From a virus, in IMG/VR virus record IMGVR_UViG_3300020406_000005, positions 1 through 64,000 of that record: a DNA stretch of 64,000 nt. The stretch is one strand, 5' to 3'. Positions within the stretch are counted from its first letter, which is position 1. Each line of letters begins with the position of its first letter. Positions 17,697 to 23,971 of the stretch are shown piece after piece. The notes below the pieces were generated by a model. That model did not search any database. It was given only the letters and a program-made list of their open reading frames with translations, and had not been told where the DNA came from. The position numbers were made by a program, and so were the translations under genes.

Positions 17697-18013
17697 GGTA
17701 TCATATCCTTTCCAACTCCTATTCCTGCTCTAACCATAAGCAACATCAAGGTTGAGCCAAGCGACATTGCAACGGCGGACACAGCACAAAGCTTAAGACG
17801 CACCTTTATGTCTTTTCGGTCTATAAAAAACAACACTCCAGGCAGATTTAAGAAGGGCAAAGCCATTCCTAAAAATGCCTGAAGCACAATCCAGTCGTGA
17901 ACAATAGCATAGCTATACCAATTAGCCCAGAAGTCGGTTATGAGAGCAAGAACGAACACGGTCACATACATATGTTCGTTCATCCAGTCCCAAATTTTGT
18001 CACCGACATTCAC
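17693..18013 (-). CDS. three-helix membrane protein carrying the array's start junction
   Basis: Starts VNVGDKI inside the junction repeat; body hydrophobic and unrelated to neighbours. Confidence 0.75.
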   Translation of the reverse strand: MNVGDKIWDWMNEHMYVTVFVLALITDFWANWYSYAIVHDWIVLQAFLGMALPFLNLPGVLFFIDRKDIKVRLKLCAVSAVAMSLGSTLMLLMVRAGIGVGKDMIP

Positions 18014-18203
18014 TGACTACCTCCAGAATCCTTGTTTCGACGGGTGCAGGGTAGTCGTGTAGCCTAGCCCAAATTTTATCGTTTGGATCGTGGGCAGTAT
18101 CCCAGAAAAAGACCGATTGGCTAACCGCTTTGACAATAAATAAAGATTTTGGGGCGCTGTTAAATATTGAACAATTAAATTTTACTAAATCACCGGCTTT
18201 CAT
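18000..18203 (-). CDS. MKVGDLV-family SH3-like protein
   Basis: MKAGDLV...LEVVSECR. Confidence 0.8.
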   Translation of the reverse strand: MKAGDLVKFNCSIFNSAPKSLFIVKAVSQSVFFWDTAHDPNDKIWARLHDYPAPVETRILEVVSECR

Positions 18204-18393
18204 TGATAACCTCCAGGTTTCGTTCTTCGTGCCATAGTACGCTGGTGTGTGTGGTGTTCCACTTTACACATATATTTCTGTCTTCCTTAAACCTAAGAGA
18301 GCTTACCTCTAAAACTAGTCCAACATAGTCATTATACACGCGGTCAGATATAAACTCACTCTTCTTATATCTGACCAAGTCACCAATCTTCAT
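18190..18393 (-). CDS. MKVGDLV-family SH3-like protein
   Basis: MKIGDLV...LEVINESR. Confidence 0.8.
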   Translation of the reverse strand: MKIGDLVRYKKSEFISDRVYNDYVGLVLEVSSLRFKEDRNICVKWNTTHTSVLWHEERNLEVINESR

Positions 18394-18568
18394 TGCTTAG
18401 GTTCTCCAGCATATTCGTTTGTGTCCACGCAAACGCGTTGTCTTTCCAGTTTAACTTCTCCCATTTTACCCTGACCCTGAGTGGACTTATGACCTCTGTG
18501 ATGATTCCATATCCATACTGTTCTGGATGACATAGCGGGTTCATTCTTACCAGATCACCGACTTTCAT
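18380..18568 (-). CDS. MKVGDLV-family SH3-like protein
   Basis: MKVGDLV...LENLSNEDW. Confidence 0.8.
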   Translation of the reverse strand: MKVGDLVRMNPLCHPEQYGYGIITEVISPLRVRVKWEKLNWKDNAFAWTQTNMLENLSNEDW

Positions 18569-18773
18569 TTATTAACTCCAATGTTTCAATATCTCGAACA
18601 ACTTTGATTGCCCCTCTTTCACTCTGCCTGACAATATCCACAACAGGATGCACATCGCCATACATCACGCCAAGCTTATGGTTGTCTCGTGGTGTTGATT
18701 TTCTGATTTTAGATACAACCACACCAAGTCTGCCACCAGCCCAATCTTCTCTCACCAAGTCACCGACTTTCAC
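18555..18773 (-). CDS. MKVGDLV-family SH3-like protein
   Basis: GTG start; ends LELINESR. Confidence 0.8.
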   Translation of the reverse strand: MKVGDLVREDWAGGRLGVVVSKIRKSTPRDNHKLGVMYGDVHPVVDIVRQSERGAIKVVRDIETLELINESR

Positions 18774-18930
18774 TGACTAACTCCAAATTCTTCTTTGCTG
18801 CTGGAATCTTACGACCGTCATCGCAAAACCTGATGTTCAAGTGATGATGGCTTGGCTCTTCTACTATTATCGCCAGCCTGGTGTCGCGTTGGTTAAGCCA
18901 CTTGCGTCTTACCAAGTCACCGACTTTCAC
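18760..18930 (-). CDS. MKVGDLV-family SH3-like protein
   Basis: GTG start at 18928-18930 (ORF track over-extends); ends LELVSESR. Confidence 0.8.
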   Translation of the reverse strand: MKVGDLVRRKWLNQRDTRLAIIVEEPSHHHLNIRFCDDGRKIPAAKKNLELVSESR

Positions 18931-19084
18931 TGATAACCTCATAATCACTCATTCTTTCCCAAAAGACACTGCCCTCTTTATCAAAAATCAAAATATGCGG
19001 GACAATAGCGCGGTGATATTTGATCTTGAGGACAATTCCTGACCAGTCTGACTTCCTGTTGTTTACCAAGTCACCGACCTTCAC
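18917..19084 (-). CDS. MKVGDLV-family SH3-like protein
   Basis: GTG start at 19082-19084; ends YEVISESR. Confidence 0.8.
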   Translation of the reverse strand: MKVGDLVNNRKSDWSGIVLKIKYHRAIVPHILIFDKEGSVFWERMSDYEVISESR

Positions 19085-19259
19085 TGATAACCTCCAAGGC
19101 TTTGTAAGACCATAATCTTTTACCGTGAGCCGTGACGACGTGGACGTCTGGGTTTGAGAATGGGCACCTCTCGTAACTTGGGCAGCTGCCATTGTAGCCA
19201 ACACCTGTCACAATACCTGTATGCCCTTGTCCATTTTTCACTAGATCACCGACTTTCAC
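19071..19259 (-). CDS. MKVGDLV-family SH3-like protein
   Basis: GTG start at 19257-19259; ends LEVISEGR. Confidence 0.8.
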   Translation of the reverse strand: MKVGDLVKNGQGHTGIVTGVGYNGSCPSYERCPFSNPDVHVVTAHGKRLWSYKALEVISEGR

Positions 19260-19443
19260 TGATAACCTCAAACTCACTTGGCTTGTGCAATTGTGGACTA
19301 TATCCAGGGTACAAAATTTCTACCAGTGGGCCAGTCATTAGAAGCCCTGCTGCTTGCTTTGGACCTAGACAAAGAGCAACTGTACCTTGCTGATACGGTT
19401 CAATACGACCCCAACGCTTTATTACTAAGTCACCGGACTTCAT
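19246..19443 (-). CDS. MKVGDLV-family SH3-like protein
   Basis: MKSGDLV...FEVISESR. Confidence 0.8.
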   Translation of the reverse strand: MKSGDLVIKRWGRIEPYQQGTVALCLGPKQAAGLLMTGPLVEILYPGYSPQLHKPSEFEVISESR

Positions 19444-19612
19444 TTAATAGCTCCAACTCGCAATCGTCAAACCAAAGGCGTGCTGCAATTCTAGGCCAGC
19501 CATCGTTCCACAAAATATAGTTTCTAGTGATGAACTGAAACTTCTCTTGTTCTTTGATTATCCCGATCATGTCGGGATCACGGATATATCGAACTAAGTC
19601 ACCGACTTTCAT
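19430..19612 (-). CDS. MKVGDLV-family SH3-like protein
   Basis: MKVGDLV...LELLNEVR. Confidence 0.8.
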   Translation of the reverse strand: MKVGDLVRYIRDPDMIGIIKEQEKFQFITRNYILWNDGWPRIAARLWFDDCELELLNEVR

Positions 19613-19824
19613 GATCTAGAACCTTTCGCATAAACCCATGCGGTGCGACGTATAGGATAAATATAGTCAATGTGAGATTCAAACTGTCTGCCAGTCTCTT
19701 GACAAATCATCTTTGCCCACTCTGGGTTGGTATTTCGAGTATTAGAAAAACCCAGAAACATGCATGGTGGGCTGAAGCCATAACCTGCACCGTAATTTAC
19801 ACGATATAAATTGCCAATCTTCAT
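19609..19824 (-). CDS. SH3-like protein (MKIGNLY)
   Basis: Array-proximal member. Confidence 0.7.
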   Translation of the reverse strand: MKIGNLYRVNYGAGYGFSPPCMFLGFSNTRNTNPEWAKMICQETGRQFESHIDYIYPIRRTAWVYAKGSRS

Positions 19825-20099
19825 TGTTTTCTCATCCTGCTTTCAACTAAGTTACCAATGTTCTCCAGTTGGATCTGACTCGTATAAATCATGATGCCGC
19901 TTGTTAGTAGAACATCACAATATGTGTATGACCCCTCAGAGGTAACGCTCGTTATAATTCCAATGTTTTGATTGCGTAGCCACACTCGATCTCCACGGTG
20001 GCCAGGGGAGAATTCTTTTCCTGTTACATGAGGTAAGACTTTTACGATCTTACCTGTCGTAATCCACTTTCTGCGATGCGTCTCTTCCATAAAGCTCAT
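19821..20099 (-). CDS. hypothetical protein (SH3-like)
   Basis: ORF track. Confidence 0.65.
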   Translation of the reverse strand: MSFMEETHRRKWITTGKIVKVLPHVTGKEFSPGHRGDRVWLRNQNIGIITSVTSEGSYTYCDVLLTSGIMIYTSQIQLENIGNLVESRMRKQ

Positions 20100-20238
20100 C
20101 TAGCTTTCTTCTCTGTACAGCGTCTTTGACAAATTTTCTTATTAACTCTTCTTTTCTTTGCTGCCGTGCGACGGCCATTGACCTATTGTGCAAAAACAGC
20201 AGCGATAGAACAAGAAGCATTACAATTCCAAAATCCAT
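20050..20238 (-). CDS. small membrane-anchored protein
   Basis: N-terminal hydrophobic helix. Confidence 0.55.
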   Translation of the reverse strand: MDFGIVMLLVLSLLFLHNRSMAVARQQRKEELIRKFVKDAVQRRKLDELYGRDASQKVDYDR

Positions 20239-20247
20239 ATTTATATA

Positions 20248-20451
20248 TTACCTTAAAAGACTAGAAATGTCAATAACTTTTTCGTCTTCTGATGTTATTT
20301 CTCTCAACTCTTGACAATGGTACCAACCATCGTTAGAACTGTCTAAAAATTTTAACTCAACCATCCACCTTGCAACTGATACTGCTGTGCACTTGCAATT
20401 ATGCCTTTTCGACCAATAGTGCTTGTTGCATTTTACATCTTTTGATTTCAT
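20248..20451 (-). CDS. hypothetical protein
   Basis: ORF track. Confidence 0.65.
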   Translation of the reverse strand: MKSKDVKCNKHYWSKRHNCKCTAVSVARWMVELKFLDSSNDGWYHCQELREITSEDEKVIDISSLLR

Positions 20452-20702
20452 GTTGGAAAAGTGTATTCTAAAGTCTTAATATTTTTTATAAATTTTTTAA
20501 ATTTTCTAGGGATATATCCAGGCTTGTTAACAAGCTCAATTTGACTACCTTCTAACTCAGCCCACTCACCATTGCAGGGAAACCATATTAAATGCTTTCC
20601 CGTAGACCCATCGGTCTTCACATAGCAACCCTTTTCACCCTTTATAGCTAGACCTAGGAGATCATACTCAACGATGCATCTAACCTCTTCCCCTCTCTTC
20701 AT
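20448..20702 (-). CDS. hypothetical protein (SH3-like)
   Basis: ORF track. Confidence 0.65.
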   Translation of the reverse strand: MKRGEEVRCIVEYDLLGLAIKGEKGCYVKTDGSTGKHLIWFPCNGEWAELEGSQIELVNKPGYIPRKFKKFIKNIKTLEYTFPT

Positions 20703-20962
20703 TGGCCCTCTTTTCTGAGCAGGAGGTTTTGCCTTAATTCATCAGCGATAGTTTGGCATATAAACAAAACATCATTATCGTTATCACAACACCAGGGCTT
20801 TCCTTGGAGCGCTTCTCTTATCCGGATGAATGATTCTTCATAGTTATTTTTTGAATCTGATATGGATTTTGTATCCAAATTATCCAGTTCATGAAACTCA
20901 GTAATTTGATATTCAGTCTCTATAATTGTTTTAATTCTGCTGCCTTGTCTTATCTTTCTCAT
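20699..20962 (-). CDS. hypothetical protein
   Basis: ORF track. Confidence 0.65.
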   Translation of the reverse strand: MRKIRQGSRIKTIIETEYQITEFHELDNLDTKSISDSKNNYEESFIRIREALQGKPWCCDNDNDVLFICQTIADELRQNLLLRKEGQ

Positions 20963-21152
20963 TGTAATCTTCTTCCTTAATTATTTGAAAGCATTTAACT
21001 TTCTTTATTTTACCTTTTCCAAAACCATTTGTCAATAAAATATTATACTCTTCTTCGCTAAGAATTCCTATGATCACTCCTCCTATTTTAGATGGGCGGC
21101 CAAGAGGACGATCTAACAATACAACTCTGTCACCTTTCTCGAACTCTCTCAT
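20931..21152 (-). CDS. SH3-like protein (FEKGDRV)
   Basis: Motif; CTATTTA immediately upstream. Confidence 0.65.
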   Translation of the reverse strand: MREFEKGDRVVLLDRPLGRPSKIGGVIIGILSEEEYNILLTNGFGKGKIKKVKCFQIIKEEDYNEKDKTRQQN

Positions 21153-21194
21153 ACTATAAATAGTATAGTTATGTTAATATTTTTTATTATGAAT

Positions 21195-21746
21195 TTAAAT
21201 TTTAGGTAAGAGGGAATGCTCCCAGCAGACCGGCTGATAAGATTCTGCGCCTCCGACAAGCACCTCTCGATGGTCCTTTGAAAGCCTCTCTGTGTAGAAA
21301 GCATCGCTGCCACACTTATAGCAAACTGCAGGGCAGACTTCAATGCTTGTGGCCCAAGGTAACAGCCTTTCAACCTCCCTAAAGGCTGTATATCCTTCAG
21401 GCTGGGAGGAAAGCTGTAGAGTGGAAACTAAGATTGTCTTACCTTCCTTGTAGAGTGCCAAGAGAGCGTCGGCTGAGTCTGGAATCATGAATAATTCATC
21501 CACCGCGAGCACATCTGCTTGAGACGCTTTAGTGTAGATTTGTTCCCCATTTTCAACAAGTATCGAAGTATGCTCTTGGCCCTTGTGGGTGACAACTTTT
21601 TCCTCTGAATATCTCTTGTCTATCTTTGGTTTTACTAAAATTGTTTTCCTATGCTGGTACTGATATCTCTCCAAGGCTGCTAGCATTCTTGTAGTTTTTC
21701 CACCAAACATTGGGCCCGTATAGATTTTTAATTCAGGTGGCTTCAT
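21195..21746 (-). CDS. tdk: thymidine kinase
   Basis: GPMFGGKTT Walker A, KPKIDKRY, VDE, AVC..C, VGGAESYQPVC. Confidence 0.92.
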   Translation of the reverse strand: MKPPELKIYTGPMFGGKTTRMLAALERYQYQHRKTILVKPKIDKRYSEEKVVTHKGQEHTSILVENGEQIYTKASQADVLAVDELFMIPDSADALLALYKEGKTILVSTLQLSSQPEGYTAFREVERLLPWATSIEVCPAVCYKCGSDAFYTERLSKDHREVLVGGAESYQPVCWEHSLLPKI

Positions 21747-22665
21747 GCATTTTCCTCAGCCTCAACAAGGCTAACTCTTTCTTTTTGCATTCTAGCATAA
21801 CATCATGATGTTCACCATAACTGTCTACTTTTCTTTCGATAAAATCTGAATGAGCTTGTGGGCGAATTTTTGGGTCGCCTTGTTCAATAGCTCTCGACTC
21901 TGATACGTGAACAACTGGGTTGATTCCAGCAGGCCAAGTGGAAGCTGCGAGCTTGAGGGCCTCTCGTTCAGTGAGTCCTCCTGTGCAGAATCTATGATGA
22001 TGGTAATCGAAAACAATCGGGATTCTAGTTTTGTGGTAAATTTTTTCATAAATATCCTTTGTGCTCCACATGGAGGCTTTATCGTCGTTTTCTAGTGTAA
22101 ATCGCTTCTTAGTGTTTTCATCCAGTCCTCCAGGTCTATTGAAATTTTCGATGAAGCGCTCCGCTGTCTTGTCTTTGTCTCCATATGTGCCTCCTACGTG
22201 GATGTTGATCTTGTTGTAATGGCTTGGTTCAAAGCCCATCATATCAAAGATACGAGAGTGATTATTGAGTTCTTTATATGTCTTCTCTACAACATCGTTT
22301 TTGGGAGATGCGAGACAACAAAAAGGGCCAGGGTGAAAGGTCAAGCGGTGGCCCCAGTCCGACGCGTGGTCTCCAGCATATCGTAGCCAATACGCAATTT
22401 CTCTATAGTGTGGCATATCATGGTAGTTGTACTCTGAGCACCACGGGAAGATGTCAGAAGACATCCGATAAAATTTGATGTTATTTTTTTCATTCCATGA
22501 GAGAATCTTAATTAGATCCTTTACGTTTTGAAGAGCAAGCTCTGAGGCGTACTTAATTCCCTTTTCTTTAAAAGTTCGTTTTATCATAGTTCTATTTGTT
22601 GTAACTCTTTTAGATTTGGGTACATCTGATAGAGTCATGTTGATGCAAGCATATCCATAATTCAT
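21733..22665 (-). CDS. uvsE: UV-damage endonuclease UvsE/UvdE
   Basis: GYACIN, YRMSSDIFP, RLTFHPG, INIHVGG, LENDD, FDYHHH, HSD, MLECKKKE. Confidence 0.93.
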   Translation of the reverse strand: MNYGYACINMTLSDVPKSKRVTTNRTMIKRTFKEKGIKYASELALQNVKDLIKILSWNEKNNIKFYRMSSDIFPWCSEYNYHDMPHYREIAYWLRYAGDHASDWGHRLTFHPGPFCCLASPKNDVVEKTYKELNNHSRIFDMMGFEPSHYNKINIHVGGTYGDKDKTAERFIENFNRPGGLDENTKKRFTLENDDKASMWSTKDIYEKIYHKTRIPIVFDYHHHRFCTGGLTEREALKLAASTWPAGINPVVHVSESRAIEQGDPKIRPQAHSDFIERKVDSYGEHHDVMLECKKKELALLRLRKMHEAT

Positions 22666-22694
22666 AATATTTTACCTTTTGTAATTGTTTATAT

Positions 22695-22723
22695 ATTATA
22701 ACTTAATTTCTAGAATTTGTCAA
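22695..22723 (-). promoter_or_regulatory. sigma70-type promoter for uvsE-tdk
   Basis: TTGACA-17-TATAAT. Confidence 0.75.
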
Positions 22724-22733
22724 TATCTGTATT

Positions 22734-23222
22734 CTATTTTTCTGTGATTATAAGTGAACCAAAATTATGACTATCTTTTTCTCTACACTGCCAGGAATAC
22801 TCCTCTATAATAGATTTCACTATCCTTTTCATTTTTGAGGAATTTCCTGTAACTATTTCACAGGGTAGTTCAACAAAATTCAAAAATTTCCTAACCTTAT
22901 CATCCACGTCAGGATGCTTTGTACCGTGTAAATTCAAAACTTTCATCATCTCTAATTTAAAAAGCCAGTTTGTGGTAATGAAACCTAGATTGTCATTTAC
23001 TTTATTTTTATCTGATACTTTCTTTTTAAAGAAACCATCAAATTTTGTATTCGGCTGGATTTGGACCAACGCCTTTTCATTGTGAAGAGTTTGTTTTCCG
23101 CTCTCGTTAACAAAATGAATTATTATACCTATCCACTCTTTCCCATATAAAGCGTGAGTAACAAGGTCACCTACTGATAGTTCTTTGACTCTCGATTTCG
23201 AGTGATGCATAGTGATGTACAA
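22734..23222 (-). CDS. SH3-like domain fused to an Smr-like domain
   Basis: LSVGDLV N-terminal half; LNLHG...EIVTGNS C-terminal half. Confidence 0.65.
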   Translation of the reverse strand: MYITMHHSKSRVKELSVGDLVTHALYGKEWIGIIIHFVNESGKQTLHNEKALVQIQPNTKFDGFFKKKVSDKNKVNDNLGFITTNWLFKLEMMKVLNLHGTKHPDVDDKVRKFLNFVELPCEIVTGNSSKMKRIVKSIIEEYSWQCREKDSHNFGSLIITEK

Positions 23223-23361
23223 CTCCTAAAGTAATTAAGAGTAAAAACCACAATAACACCAAAAACTGAATATTATTATTCAGCAATAATACGCCATATA
23301 AAAACAGTCGCCGTAAGAAAAGCAGCAGCGATCGCAATTGGCCAATCAATTTTTTTATCAT
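23167..23361 (-). CDS. small membrane protein
   Basis: Hydrophobic; fills the gap with ATGA coupling. Confidence 0.45.
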   Translation of the reverse strand: MIKKLIGQLRSLLLFLRRLFLYGVLLLNNNIQFLVLLWFLLLITLGVVHHYASLEIESQRTISR

Positions 23362-23963
23362 TCTTTTTCATAAGTATTCATTTGTGTTATCTTAGATAGA
23401 TCAAACTTACAGTTCTCGACTATATCTTGTCTATTTCTTCGGCTGGCATCTTCCAAAATATTTTGCAATTTTATAAAACTTTTTTCGCAATTTATGTAAA
23501 ATTCCAAAATTTTCAAAGCAGTGCAGAAACCAGAATAAACCAAAGAGCGAGATTCATTCACAAATTCTACTAAACCCTTCTCTGAAACCTCAACTTTGAA
23601 AACAGTGTAAGCGCTGGCGTCGGATCCAAAACTTTTCTTTTTTTTAATTATGGCCGGCTTTACGATAAGATCAACTAGCTTTATCTTCTCCAAGCTAGGG
23701 AAGTCTTGCTTGTAGTAATTATGTAGACCTTGAAACAAACAATCTAAAAATCCTTTTCCCTCTGCGTTTTCAATCGTAACGATCTTGCCCTCTTCATCAC
23801 TTGTTTTTTGCATGAAAGAAAACTTAGCAGTTGTAAAATCTGAATTTTTACCTTCAAAAATTTCTATTGTCTCAGGAGACAGAGAAATTTGATGAGTAGA
23901 CAGGACTTTATCAAATACTGCCTTGAGTTCACCTCGTTTCACTTGCTCTGGTGTCTTTTTCAT
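23358..23963 (-). CDS. stand-alone LeuA/2-isopropylmalate synthase allosteric-domain-like protein
   Basis: EGKGFLDCLFQGL, KLVDLIV, GSDASA, SLVYSG match the GxGPVDAxxxAL / L.DY.V / GTDA.A / DIxxAS pattern. Confidence 0.6.
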   Translation of the reverse strand: MKKTPEQVKRGELKAVFDKVLSTHQISLSPETIEIFEGKNSDFTTAKFSFMQKTSDEEGKIVTIENAEGKGFLDCLFQGLHNYYKQDFPSLEKIKLVDLIVKPAIIKKKKSFGSDASAYTVFKVEVSEKGLVEFVNESRSLVYSGFCTALKILEFYINCEKSFIKLQNILEDASRRNRQDIVENCKFDLSKITQMNTYEKE

Positions 23964-23971
23964 GTTTCCGC

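Larger units (their letters stand above)
17490..19615 (-). repeat. dispersed dual-coding junction repeat, consensus GGAGGTTATCAGTGAAAGTCGGTGACTTGGT
   Basis: About 12 copies, one at each gene boundary, mostly about 150-200 bp apart. Confidence 0.9.

Noticed and set aside
18931-19277. ORF-track N-terminal extensions (MIMRLSVKVG, MLATMAAA..., MSLRLSVKVG)
   Set aside because: The true starts are the GTG codons after the GAGG SD inside the junction; the extensions overlap neighbouring genes.
17490-19615. Regularly spaced ~25-30 bp repeats as a CRISPR array
   Set aside because: The spacers are about 130-300 bp intact ORFs, the repeats are coding and degenerate, and no cas genes are present in the window.
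16827-19824. Classical integron or diversity-generating retroelement
   Set aside because: No tyrosine recombinase, attC-like palindromes, reverse transcriptase or adenine-specific TR/VR pair seen.
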